DNA of 64,000 nucleotides from Gammaproteobacteria bacterium (GTDB lineage Bacteria; Pseudomonadota; Gammaproteobacteria; DASZBR01): NCBI GenBank assembly GCA_033763845.1, contig JANRJR010000016.1, positions 7,568 to 71,567 of the forward strand, read 5' to 3'. Shown piece by piece: positions 9,897 to 18,965 of this stretch (position 1 is its first letter; each line of letters starts with the position of its first letter). The notes under the pieces were generated by a model. It saw only the letters and a program-made list of their open reading frames with translations, ran no database searches and was not told where the DNA came from. The position numbers and the translations under genes were made by a program.

Positions 9897-11033
9897 ATGT
9901 TTGGTTTAGATTTAAATCATCCCGAAACATTGATTGGCATTCGCCCCCTCCCCGACGGTAAATTTGGGGCATTTCATCCTGACGCAAGCACATCACACGT
10001 CGTTGCCATTGCGCTATCGGGACGAGAAGTGCTTTGTAAAGTATTACCCTGGAACACCCATCGCTCCGATTCAGAAATTCTTGTCGGACTAAAACAACAT
10101 TTTGCTGACTTTGTTCAACCTTTGGTCATCGACTTTCAGCGCTTAAATGACAATCACTTGAAAATCATGATGTCGTCTCTTGAACGCGTAAAACAATTAT
10201 GCGCGTCCGTTCCGTCACATTTTATCATTCGCGCTATCGATCATGAATCCTATGCGATTGCGCGTGCTTTAAAGAAAACAGGAGTTATTTCAGAAGAAAC
10301 ATTTTGTTTTTACTACACTGAAAATAATCTCGTTAAAATCAGCGTCTTCGATAAGAATCTTCTTATTTTTTATGATGAATGGGAAAATATCGAAAAAATT
10401 AATCAACACCCATTGATTGAAAATATAAAACGAGTAGCATTGGAAAACAAATCACATCTGTTAGCGTTGGGGCTTGCCTTGAGAGAAAAAAACGACTGGA
10501 ATTTACATCCTTCTCAGACTGAAAAAGAGCATCATGTTCATGAGCAAGGTATTTTATTTTTGGTTAAGGCAACGCTCTACAGTATTTTGTTATGCTTCAT
10601 TGCACACATTCTCCTTATGGGCTTGGTCTTTTCACAACACACTTACAATCATTTTCTTGAGAAAGAATTCCAGAAAACATGGCAATCTTCTTTTTCCGTT
10701 CAATCCCAAAAAACACAAATTATCTCAATGGAAACACAAATGAAAACGTTGCAGCAGCTTAGAAAGCAGCAACAGCCCTCGACTATCCTCTTGCAAAGTT
10801 TGATGCATGCAATGCCTGAAGGCGTATTTCTCATGCAGCTCTCCCTGCAAGATAATCATGTACAACTGGAGGGGAGAGCCGTAACCGCAGAACAAACGCA
10901 AACTTTACTTAATAACTTAAAAAAAGTTTCTACGCTTGAAACTCCTGTCATGAATACCCCACAACCTGATGCATCAGAACCTCCGTATCAATTCAGCTTT
11001 TCGGTATCTGCCACCTTACGGAGAATGCCATGA
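9897..11033 (+). CDS. type IV pilus assembly PilN-like protein with N-terminal truncated PilM-like extension (fusion)
   Basis: 378 aa. Cytoplasmic N-terminal region, then a single TM (about aa 225-250), then a PilN-like periplasmic C-terminus. Position first in ponA-divergent pilMNOPQ cluster. Confidence 0.45.
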   Translation: MFGLDLNHPETLIGIRPLPDGKFGAFHPDASTSHVVAIALSGREVLCKVLPWNTHRSDSEILVGLKQHFADFVQPLVIDFQRLNDNHLKIMMSSLERVKQLCASVPSHFIIRAIDHESYAIARALKKTGVISEETFCFYYTENNLVKISVFDKNLLIFYDEWENIEKINQHPLIENIKRVALENKSHLLALGLALREKNDWNLHPSQTEKEHHVHEQGILFLVKATLYSILLCFIAHILLMGLVFSQHTYNHFLEKEFQKTWQSSFSVQSQKTQIISMETQMKTLQQLRKQQQPSTILLQSLMHAMPEGVFLMQLSLQDNHVQLEGRAVTAEQTQTLLNNLKKVSTLETPVMNTPQPDASEPPYQFSFSVSATLRRMP

Positions 11034-11590
11034 CCAAATCATCGTTGCCCTATAAAATCATCGGCATGTTAATTTTTTTAAGTATCACAAGTATTGCTTA
11101 CCATTTTTCTCTACACCCAAGCTATTCTAATTATTTAGATTCTCATCATGCTTATCACGAACTCAAACAAAATATTGATAAATTAAAAGTCGACCTGGGC
11201 AAAAAAGGCGTTTACTCAACGCAATTTACGCAAACACAAGCCCTCTATAATCAAACCATGGCTGTGTTTCCAAAAGATCTGAACACCGCACTCAATGGCA
11301 TCAAAAAATCCGGGGAGTCCGCTCACTTAACATTTCAGTCCATCACGCCTGGCACACCCGTTTCAAAAAATTTTTACAGTGAAATTCCCGTTCAATTAAC
11401 GATACTGGGAACGTATAAAAACATTATGGACTTTATGCAAACTGGATCAACAGGAACAATACCTCTATTCATTTGGAAGAATTGGACCTTGTCCCAGCAA
11501 GAAAAACCTAAAACCACTGTGTTAAACGAAACAACCAGTCGAGGTTTGTTACAAATGAATGTCAGCGCAATATTTTTTACCATGCCTTAA
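11030..11590 (+). CDS. pilO: PilO-like pilus/secretion assembly protein
   Basis: 186 aa. N-terminal TM and coiled coil. Overlaps upstream gene stop (ATGA). Position in cluster. Confidence 0.5.
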   Translation: MTKSSLPYKIIGMLIFLSITSIAYHFSLHPSYSNYLDSHHAYHELKQNIDKLKVDLGKKGVYSTQFTQTQALYNQTMAVFPKDLNTALNGIKKSGESAHLTFQSITPGTPVSKNFYSEIPVQLTILGTYKNIMDFMQTGSTGTIPLFIWKNWTLSQQEKPKTTVLNETTSRGLLQMNVSAIFFTMP

Positions 11591-11600
11591 AGGAATGCCT

Positions 11601-11927
11601 ATGCGATTTAAATATCTATTATTTTTCTTTGTTTTATTCGCTATCGGACATAACGTGCTCGCACAATCTCCGGATCCTTTTTCACGCCTTTCTCCTTTGG
11701 ATCATCCACTTAAACGTTATGCGCCCGCTCAGCTCACCATGGTCGGCAGTATTACGCAACAAGATAATGTTTTGGGCATTGTTAGAGCACCAGATAATCA
11801 CGTTTACACGGTAAAACCTGGAAGCCAATTAGGAAATAGTGCGTATGTGATTGATGTGACTTCAAAAAAAATTACCGTGCAACAAAATACACAAATGATA
11901 GAATTAACATTACGTACACTTAAATAA
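11601..11927 (+). CDS. pilP: PilP-like small secreted/lipoprotein
   Basis: Signal peptide MRFKYLLFFFVLFAIGHNVLA. Small beta-rich protein immediately upstream of secretin gene. Start chosen at the Met following an AAAGGA Shine-Dalgarno; ORF-track frame starts 11559. Confidence 0.4.
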   Translation: MRFKYLLFFFVLFAIGHNVLAQSPDPFSRLSPLDHPLKRYAPAQLTMVGSITQQDNVLGIVRAPDNHVYTVKPGSQLGNSAYVIDVTSKKITVQQNTQMIELTLRTLK

Positions 11928-11966
11928 CTAATATTTTTTTAATTTAACATTAATAAGAGAACTCTC

Positions 11967-13175
11967 ATGAGAAAAATTTTTATTATTTTGCTTCTTTTTA
12001 TTCCTTTCAGTGTTATTTCAAAACCTTTAGCCTTAAATTTTAATGACATCCCCATCCGCCAAGCCCTTCAGTTTATTGCTGAAGCCAGTCACTTGAATGT
12101 CATTGTCAGCGATAAGGTCAAAGGCAATATCACTATTCACTTGGACAATCTCACGCCACAACAAGCAATGACCGTGATTCTTCAAGAAGCAGGCTTAGGA
12201 GAACAACTGTCAGGAAATGTGATATTGATTTCACCTTTGCAAGAACTGGCGCAAAAAGAAAAAACACAACAAGACTTGTTAAATTTCGCACCACTACATT
12301 CACTCCTGATAAAGCTGCGCTACGCCAAAGCCAATGACATTGCTACCAGCATTAAAACGAATACTCTTCTATCCTCTCGCGGAAGTTTAAGCACGGATCC
12401 CCGAACAAACACGGTTTGGGTACAAGACATCCCCAATAAACTCAATGCTATTCATTCGTTTATCCGTAGCGTAGATGTTCCTGTCAAACAAGTATTAATT
12501 GAAGCACGGATTGTAAGCGTCGATGAAAAATATGAGCGAGAATTGGGCATTCGATTCGAGTCAGAGCCTACACAAAAAACCGACGGATTAATAAAACATT
12601 TTAGTGTTGACCTGCCCACTACCAATCCTCACAGCGCATCCATTGGTATCGCATTAGCCAAATTGGGGGATGGGAATTTACTCGACCTCGAGTTATCTGC
12701 TCTCGAGACACAAGGAATGGGTGAAGTTATTTCCAGTCCACGATTGCTAACGGCTAATCAACAATCCGCCACAATATTATCGGGCCAAGAAATCCCCTAT
12801 CAGCAAGCAACCTCAAGCGGTGCAACCAGCATTTCTTTTCAAAAAGCATTGCTTAACCTTGTCGTCACTCCACAAATCACACCTGACCAAAAGCTTATTC
12901 TGACGCTCCACTTAAGCCAAGACCAGCCTACTACAACTCTCATAAAGGGTGTTCCCGTCATAGAAACCCGCCAACTACAAACTTTAGTGACTGTCAAGAA
13001 TAGACAAACCGTTGTTTTAGGAGGCATTTATGAACAAAACAACGAAAAAATTGTCGGAAGAGTGCCTTTTTTAAGCAAAATACCAATAATTGGATCTATT
13101 TTTACGAGAAATATTACCAAAAAAGACCGTCGAGAACTCTTGATATTTATCACTCCAAGCATCACCAAAGGCTGA
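11967..13175 (+). CDS. pilQ: secretin PilQ-like (short form lacking N-terminal AMIN domains)
   Basis: 402 aa. Signal peptide. C-terminal secretin hallmark (VVLGGIYEQ...VGRVPFLSKIPIIGSIF...RELLIFITP). Confidence 0.8.
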   Translation: MRKIFIILLLFIPFSVISKPLALNFNDIPIRQALQFIAEASHLNVIVSDKVKGNITIHLDNLTPQQAMTVILQEAGLGEQLSGNVILISPLQELAQKEKTQQDLLNFAPLHSLLIKLRYAKANDIATSIKTNTLLSSRGSLSTDPRTNTVWVQDIPNKLNAIHSFIRSVDVPVKQVLIEARIVSVDEKYERELGIRFESEPTQKTDGLIKHFSVDLPTTNPHSASIGIALAKLGDGNLLDLELSALETQGMGEVISSPRLLTANQQSATILSGQEIPYQQATSSGATSISFQKALLNLVVTPQITPDQKLILTLHLSQDQPTTTLIKGVPVIETRQLQTLVTVKNRQTVVLGGIYEQNNEKIVGRVPFLSKIPIIGSIFTRNITKKDRRELLIFITPSITKG

Positions 13176-13262
13176 ATTCACTCAAAACCACTGGAAATGT
13201 GGACTATAATATAGGTGCATGGAAAGCAGAGCTGGGACGGAGTAGTAAAAGGGGGATTGTTC

Positions 13263-13967
13263 ATGAAGAAGCTAATTGCGTTAGGAATTTTTGTTGCCGT
13301 TGCACTTATACTCGCCATTATTCCTCGGGAAAGCTTGTCCGCAGGCGCATACGGACAAGTACTTTGCCAACAACCAGGTTATACTTGTTTTAAAGTTCCT
13401 CAGGGTGAAACCTGGAATACACTATTTCCGAATGATGCTCAACGCGATATTGTCATGCGAATCAATCGCGTCAATATCAATCTTCGACCCGGCAGTGTAA
13501 TTGCAATTCCCGATAATTTAGACAACCTTAATATCATGCACCACGCTCCGTTTGAAAAACAAATCGGTCCTCTCGACAAAAAAACTATTATTGTAGATCC
13601 CACTAAACTTGCGTGGGGCGCATATGATGAAAGCGGAGAACTGGTCAATTGGGGTCCGGCTGCATTGGGTAAATCATGGTGCCCTGATATTCAAAGCTCT
13701 TGCCGCACCAAAGTAGGAGAATTTTCGGTTTACCGCAAAGGCGGTGAAGGCTGTGTTTCTTCAAAATTCCCTATTCCTGACGGTGGCGCACCGATGCCAT
13801 TTTGCATGTTTTTCCACGGTGGATATGCCCTTCATGCATCAACAGATGTACCTGGACAAAATGCTAGTCACGGATGCGTGAGAATGTATTACGAAGATGC
13901 GAAATGGTTAAATTCTGAATTTGTTGAAAAAGGAACACGTGTCATTATTAAACCCTATTCAACCTAA
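13263..13967 (+). CDS. L,D-transpeptidase (YkuD domain) with LysM-like domain
   Basis: Signal peptide. LysM-like segment. Catalytic HGG...SHGCVRM motif. Start at MKKLIAL after an AAGGGGG Shine-Dalgarno; ORF-track frame starts 13215. Confidence 0.75.
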   Translation: MKKLIALGIFVAVALILAIIPRESLSAGAYGQVLCQQPGYTCFKVPQGETWNTLFPNDAQRDIVMRINRVNINLRPGSVIAIPDNLDNLNIMHHAPFEKQIGPLDKKTIIVDPTKLAWGAYDESGELVNWGPAALGKSWCPDIQSSCRTKVGEFSVYRKGGEGCVSSKFPIPDGGAPMPFCMFFHGGYALHASTDVPGQNASHGCVRMYYEDAKWLNSEFVEKGTRVIIKPYST

Positions 13968-14417
13968 TCAGGGTTTAACCACTGCCAAAATGACTACAAT
14001 AATAAGAATGATAGTGGGATATTCGTTCACCCAACGATAAAAAACATGACTTCGATGATTTTCATTTTCTCTAAAAATCTTTACCAGATATCCGCAATAA
14101 AAATGATAAATCAACAAAGTTAATACTAAAAATAATTTTATCTGAAACCACCCCGCATAAATCAGCTGAGGCTCAACCCGGAGCAATAAAAATCCAAACA
14201 ATACTGTCAAAAAAAGACCTATCGTCGTCATGACATACAGTTTTTTTTCCATAACTTTGAAACGAGCATTTCCTAACTCATCTTGAATCATGCTGTGATA
14301 CACAAACAAACGGGGAAGATAAAACAAACCTGCAAACCACATGACAATTGAAACAATATGAAACGCTAGAATCCACAACACTTTATTTAAGCCTTCCGAG
14401 TATCCCATCCAGCGCAT
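13968..14417 (-). CDS. hemJ: protoporphyrinogen IX oxidase HemJ-like (UPF0093/CopD-like membrane protein)
   Basis: 149 aa, 4 TM. Signature WFAGLFYLPRLFVYH. Alternative start at 14408. 3' overlaps parB stop region. Confidence 0.65.
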   Translation of the reverse strand: MRWMGYSEGLNKVLWILAFHIVSIVMWFAGLFYLPRLFVYHSMIQDELGNARFKVMEKKLYVMTTIGLFLTVLFGFLLLRVEPQLIYAGWFQIKLFLVLTLLIYHFYCGYLVKIFRENENHRSHVFYRWVNEYPTIILIIVVILAVVKP

Positions 14418-15255
14418 CTAAATTTCGATAATGAATAACCAATTTTCCTCGGCCTTTTTTATTGTGCTGAATAATCACAGGCGTCCCCAATTTGTCGGAA
14501 AGTTTTCGCTCCAAAGAACCAATATTCGGATCCGGCATTTTTTTAGGTGTTGCAGCAGGAGTTCCTTTGTACCATTGCTGAACTAATTTTTCTGCCTCGC
14601 GCACAGACATGACTTTTGTCACGATAATGTTTGCGGCCCGCGCTTGCTCAGTGATCGCCAATCCCATCAGAGTTTTTGCATGACCTCTATCCATTTTTCC
14701 ACTGTGCAAATATTTTTGAACATCCGGATGAAGATCCAATAACCGTAACGTATGCGTAATACTGACACGTGATTTACCCACCGCTTCAGATACTTGCTGC
14801 TGTGTTAACTTAAACTCGTCTTGTAATCGTTTGAGCGCTTGCGCTTCTTCAATCACATTTAAATCTTCACGTTGGATATTTTCAATTAATGCCATCGCAA
14901 TAGCGGCATTATCGGGAACATCACGCACGACAACAGGCACTTCTTTTAATCCTGCTAATTGTGATGCACGCCAACGACGCTCACCCGCAATAATTTCATA
15001 ACGATTTTGCGACACCGGACGAACAATTATGGGTTGAATTACCCCTTGCGCACGAATAGATTCAGCTAATTCTTGAAGATTTTCTTGTGACAAAAATTTA
15101 CGTGGTTGATATTTTCCAGGTTGTAATTTTTCCAACGGTAAAAGTGCTGCGCCTATTTCGGGTGTTTTTGCTAATGCAGTAATATCAAAAGGTACATTGC
15201 TTAATAATGTCCCTAACCCTCTTCCTAAACCACGCGATTTTGCTGAAGTTGTCAT
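14383..15255 (-). CDS. parB: chromosome partitioning protein ParB
   Basis: 290 aa. ParB box (GERRWRA). HTH region. Follows parA. Confidence 0.92.
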   Translation of the reverse strand: MTTSAKSRGLGRGLGTLLSNVPFDITALAKTPEIGAALLPLEKLQPGKYQPRKFLSQENLQELAESIRAQGVIQPIIVRPVSQNRYEIIAGERRWRASQLAGLKEVPVVVRDVPDNAAIAMALIENIQREDLNVIEEAQALKRLQDEFKLTQQQVSEAVGKSRVSITHTLRLLDLHPDVQKYLHSGKMDRGHAKTLMGLAITEQARAANIIVTKVMSVREAEKLVQQWYKGTPAATPKKMPDPNIGSLERKLSDKLGTPVIIQHNKKGRGKLVIHYRNLDALDGILGRLK

Positions 15256-16046
15256 GTTACTAAAGCTTCCCGTTTTGCAATTTCCTGAGAACGTTTTTCC
15301 AATAATTCTTTTGCTAATGATAAATAAGCCAATGCACCTGTCGCTGTTTTATCATACAACACACCAGGCAATCCGTGACTTGGTGCTTCGGCCAAACGAA
15401 TATTACGCGGAATTGTTGTAATGTAAACTTTATCTTTAAAATGCTCTATTAATTGTTCTGAAACTTGGCTCGCTAATGATGTGCGTCCATCAAACATTGT
15501 TCGCACAATTCCTTCAACATGCAATCGACGATTCGCTGTTTTGCTGATCTTTTCGATTGTGCCTAACAGTGCAGTTAATCCTTCCAACGCATAATATTCG
15601 CATTGCATGGGAACCAAAACAGAATCCGCTGCAACCAATGCATTTACTGTTAACATATTTAACGCAGGAGGACAGTCAATTAAAATATAATCATAACGCC
15701 CGCGAAATTGACTCAACGCTTTTAATAATCGATGCTCCCGCAAAGGAAGCGAAATCAAGCAGGCTTCTGCTTCAGTTAAATCATTATTCGATGGAACAAC
15801 ATCAAAACCTGAGGGAACACTTTGGATAACATCGGTGATTGTTTTACGTTCAAGCAAAACATCGTTTACAGTTGCTTCTAATTGATAGGGATTAACTCCA
15901 CAACCAACGGTTGCATTTCCTTGAGGATCTAAATCAACCAGAAGAATCTGTTGTCTTTCTGAGGCAAGTGCCGCGGCTAAATTCACACACGTCGTGGTTT
16001 TACCCACGCCGCCTTTTTGATTTGCCAGTGCGACAATTTTACCCAT
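15252..16046 (-). CDS. parA: chromosome partitioning ATPase ParA (Soj)
   Basis: 264 aa. Deviant Walker A KGGVGKTT. 4-nt overlap with parB. Confidence 0.93.
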   Translation of the reverse strand: MGKIVALANQKGGVGKTTTCVNLAAALASERQQILLVDLDPQGNATVGCGVNPYQLEATVNDVLLERKTITDVIQSVPSGFDVVPSNNDLTEAEACLISLPLREHRLLKALSQFRGRYDYILIDCPPALNMLTVNALVAADSVLVPMQCEYYALEGLTALLGTIEKISKTANRRLHVEGIVRTMFDGRTSLASQVSEQLIEHFKDKVYITTIPRNIRLAEAPSHGLPGVLYDKTATGALAYLSLAKELLEKRSQEIAKREALVT

Positions 16047-16722
16047 TCACAGCTTCCGCAACCGTTTCAGGTTCATAGGTTAAATCAACCACATGACGTT
16101 CCGCATCTAATTTTGGAACTTTTAACGGATGCGTATTAACTACTTTGAAAGGTGCGTTGACTTCTTGCAATTCAGTTAAAGGATAGACGCCTTTCATCGC
16201 AAGAATTTGACCGCCTGCACGAACTAAATGTTTGCTTAATTGAAGATACTCTCTTAATGTGCTAAACGCACGAGAAATAACCGTATCAAATAATTGATCA
16301 ACTTTATATTCTTCAACGCGCTGATGAACAACACGAACATTTTTCAGCCGCAATTGATATACCGTTTGTTGTAAAAAACGGGTTTTCTTCTGATTGCTAT
16401 CCAAAAGTACAAACTGTTTATCTGGCATCATGATCGCAAGTGGAATACCTGGCAGACCTGCGCCCGTTCCCACATCCAACACTGTCTTTCCTTTAATAAA
16501 AGGTTTGATGGTCAAGCTGTCAAGAAGATGGCGAACAACCATCGCATCTAAATCACGAATTGCAGTGAGATTAAACACGCGATTCCATTGTGCAATCAGT
16601 TCAATGTAGCGAATTAACTGAATTTCTGTTCCTTTATCGGGAACATCGTTGAGCTCAACTAACCCTTGGTGCAATAGTTCGAATAATTCAATACGAGACA
16701 TAAAATATAACCACCTTATCAT
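16039..16722 (-). CDS. rsmG: 16S rRNA (guanine527-N7)-methyltransferase RsmG (GidB)
   Basis: SAM-binding VLDVGTGAGLPGIPLAI. Colinear with E. coli RsmG. Start may be internal Met at 16701. mnmG (gidA) is not present upstream. Confidence 0.9.
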   Translation of the reverse strand: MIRWLYFMSRIELFELLHQGLVELNDVPDKGTEIQLIRYIELIAQWNRVFNLTAIRDLDAMVVRHLLDSLTIKPFIKGKTVLDVGTGAGLPGIPLAIMMPDKQFVLLDSNQKKTRFLQQTVYQLRLKNVRVVHQRVEEYKVDQLFDTVISRAFSTLREYLQLSKHLVRAGGQILAMKGVYPLTELQEVNAPFKVVNTHPLKVPKLDAERHVVDLTYEPETVAEAVNG

Positions 16723-16833
16723 GACGTTATGTTAGAAAATTACAACGGAACATCATTTATGATTATATTTTACACCAAACACGATTGAACCATCTTATCC
16801 AAAGCAGCTAAAACTTTCCAATGCTTTTACGTT

Positions 16834-17925
16834 CTAGGCATTAGTATCGGATGAAGCTAAATTTTTCTGGACGTCTTGTCTGTCATAATCAAGCTTGGTG
16901 CGATTCAATTGAGCCTGTTGTACTTGCATTGCGACCTGCTCTGCGAGCATACGCTCAAGGAGAATTTTTTGCTCAAACATCTGCTTTTCCATCTCCGCAA
17001 GCACAAACAAGGTTTCTCTTTGTACCGATATAGAGGATGCCGTATTGATATTAGTATACCAGGATGTATTACCAACTCGGCGGTTAGATAAAAACTGTTC
17101 TAACTGAATTTGGCTCGCATCGGAAACTGGCTTGGAATTACCATCTGTTGGCAATGTCGTCATACCAGCCTGTGTTCCCAATCCCGGAACAATTTGTCTC
17201 TCTTGAGCCATATAGTTGAGATTTGAAAAAGCAACCGATTGAGCTGCTGCCGCAGTACGAGCCTGCAACAAGTAGTTTTGAACATCCGAACCTGCTAATT
17301 GTTTTTTACGCTCATCAGCGTCCTTACTAAAAGTTAACCCTCCCAATGGTTTTGCTGCTCCCGTTAAAAACATAATAAGATTATCAACATTCTTGGAGTT
17401 TTTTTCCTCATTTCCCAACGTTCCCAGAATATTTTCTGCGTTGAAAGCAAAGTTATCTGCATTCGGCGACATAATATCTGTTCCCGGAACGGCGGCATAA
17501 GTACCAGCACCCAGCGTACTTTCATCACCCGACGCCAAAACAAATTGCATATTCTTTAACGTCAAATCGGTAGAATTTTTCAAAGTTTTTTGAAAGGCAC
17601 TCACTAATTGCGTATTAATTAATGCTGTTTGAGGCGCCATATAAGCACCAGCCGCTGAACTTCCTTCTGATTTCTGTAATTGATAAAAGAAATCTGCATA
17701 ATTTACTAATAATTGAACATTCGAACCCATCCAACGTAAATAAGTATAACTTGCTGCATCAACCGTAGGCTGAAGTGATGCATTTACTGGAGACGAATAA
17801 GAAGGGTAAACCAATCCTGGCTGCGGAATGGACACATCTCGTGGTGCTGCAGCGTAACTTTGTGCCATAGCCGTTGCAGATACCATCACTAAACCAATTC
17901 CCAAAAACACTCTGTTCAATTGCAT
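16834..17925 (-). CDS. icmX: secreted periplasmic protein, IcmX-like (Dot/Icm T4BSS) by position
   Basis: 363 aa. Cleavable signal peptide (MQLNRVFLGIGLVMVSATAMA). Own Shine-Dalgarno (AGGAGAG). Lies downstream of icmW in the same orientation, as icmX does in Legionella and Coxiella. No sequence motif verified. Confidence 0.45.
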   Translation of the reverse strand: MQLNRVFLGIGLVMVSATAMAQSYAAAPRDVSIPQPGLVYPSYSSPVNASLQPTVDAASYTYLRWMGSNVQLLVNYADFFYQLQKSEGSSAAGAYMAPQTALINTQLVSAFQKTLKNSTDLTLKNMQFVLASGDESTLGAGTYAAVPGTDIMSPNADNFAFNAENILGTLGNEEKNSKNVDNLIMFLTGAAKPLGGLTFSKDADERKKQLAGSDVQNYLLQARTAAAAQSVAFSNLNYMAQERQIVPGLGTQAGMTTLPTDGNSKPVSDASQIQLEQFLSNRRVGNTSWYTNINTASSISVQRETLFVLAEMEKQMFEQKILLERMLAEQVAMQVQQAQLNRTKLDYDRQDVQKNLASSDTNA

Positions 17926-17955
17926 AAAACTCTCCTAAAAAAAATCTCTAATGGT

Positions 17956-18408
17956 TTAGCGATAAGGGTTATAAGTTGAATTATTGCTTTGGGTACTACT
18001 ACTTCCTGTTCCTGGAGCATAAATATTTGGTGAACTAGACGATGAACCATCAGACTTAACTGCAACATCAGGGATCTTTTTAGCTGGCGCGGCCGATTGA
18101 GTTTCTTGCTTTGGCGGAACATACGCTTGTGGTTTTGGAGGCGTCGGCACTACAGGCGCTGGTACCGTTTGTGCCTGCGTTTGAGTTTGTGCAGCTGGCG
18201 CGGCATCTTTTGTCGGTGTTATTTTTTGATTTGGCGCTGGAGTAATTTTAGGCGCAGGATAATTTTTTTCAAATTGTGCTTGCGCTTGATTGCTGGCTTG
18301 CTGAAATTCTTGCTGCATTTTTTCAACGTAGGGGTTTTTTTCAGTTTGCGCAAAAACATTTCCGCACAATAAACTTAATGAAGCCAACATCAAAATCTTT
18401 TTACGCAT
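17956..18408 (-). CDS. small secreted Pro/Gln/Thr-rich low-complexity protein (orphan between icmW and icmX)
   Basis: 150 aa. Signal peptide. Strong Shine-Dalgarno (GGAAGGAGAGGAG). ATGC overlap with icmW stop. Low-complexity PAP/TQTQ repeats. Confidence 0.5.
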   Translation of the reverse strand: MRKKILMLASLSLLCGNVFAQTEKNPYVEKMQQEFQQASNQAQAQFEKNYPAPKITPAPNQKITPTKDAAPAAQTQTQAQTVPAPVVPTPPKPQAYVPPKQETQSAAPAKKIPDVAVKSDGSSSSSPNIYAPGTGSSSTQSNNSTYNPYR

Positions 18409-18862
18409 GCTCCTCTCCTTCCAATGCTTTCATAATAAGTGCAATACGCTGCGGCGCAAAAACCCGCGACAATAAACGTAATCGCTCAAATACAATATTC
18501 CGTCGTAAAAATAATCCCGGGGGATCATCTGGTGTCTGACTGATTTCTTCAGCATGAATTAATAATTTTGAAGCAGAACCCGGGTGAGCTGTATCAATTG
18601 CTTGTAATATTCTTAATACTCTTGCGGCTTTAACATGGCAAGCGGTTTTAATAAATAATTCTTGCTGACCTAATTGCCCTAAATCAACTTTTGAAAGATT
18701 ATCTAACTCTTGCCCCAATAATTGTAATGCATTTTCAACATCTGGATTTCCATCCAACGCCCATGTTTCTACACCTTCCATAAATGTAATAACACGATAA
18801 ACATTTGGATCTTGATAACGACTCCAAAATTCATGAACTGCTTCACGACTTAAATCAGGCAT
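18401..18862 (-). CDS. icmW: Dot/Icm type IVB adaptor/chaperone IcmW
   Basis: 153 aa acidic cytoplasmic protein. N-terminus MPDLS...YRVITFMEGVE and HPGSASKLLIHAEE...NIVFERLRLLSRVF match recalled Legionella IcmW. Divergent from the icmV-dotA side as in Dot/Icm region I. Confidence 0.7.
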   Translation of the reverse strand: MPDLSREAVHEFWSRYQDPNVYRVITFMEGVETWALDGNPDVENALQLLGQELDNLSKVDLGQLGQQELFIKTACHVKAARVLRILQAIDTAHPGSASKLLIHAEEISQTPDDPPGLFLRRNIVFERLRLLSRVFAPQRIALIMKALEGEEHA

Positions 18863-18965
18863 CGATATTCCTTTAACGCTTTGCGCGCAAATTATAATCT
18901 ATAGTAAAAAATTGTCAAAGCATGTTACAATTATTTCTCATCTTTATAGAGGCGAATCGTCAACG

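Noticed and set aside
17926-17955. icmX-like ORF (16834..17925) and the upstream 150-aa ORF (17956..18408) are in the same reading frame on the minus strand. This raised the possibility of one gene split by a nonsense mutation.
   Set aside because: The spacer contains two in-frame stops (TAA ... TAG). The downstream gene has its own AGGAGAG Shine-Dalgarno and a signal peptide directly at its Met. This is more consistent with two separate genes than with a pseudogene.
18863-18965. Candidate sigma70 -10 hexamer TATAAT (about 18894..18899) and possible PmrA/CpxR-type sites in the icmW / dotA-paralog-1 divergent region.
   Set aside because: No convincing -35 at 17 +/- 1 bp. No recognisable cTTAATatT tandem or GTAAA-N5-GTAAA repeat. 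This is insufficient to call a promoter.
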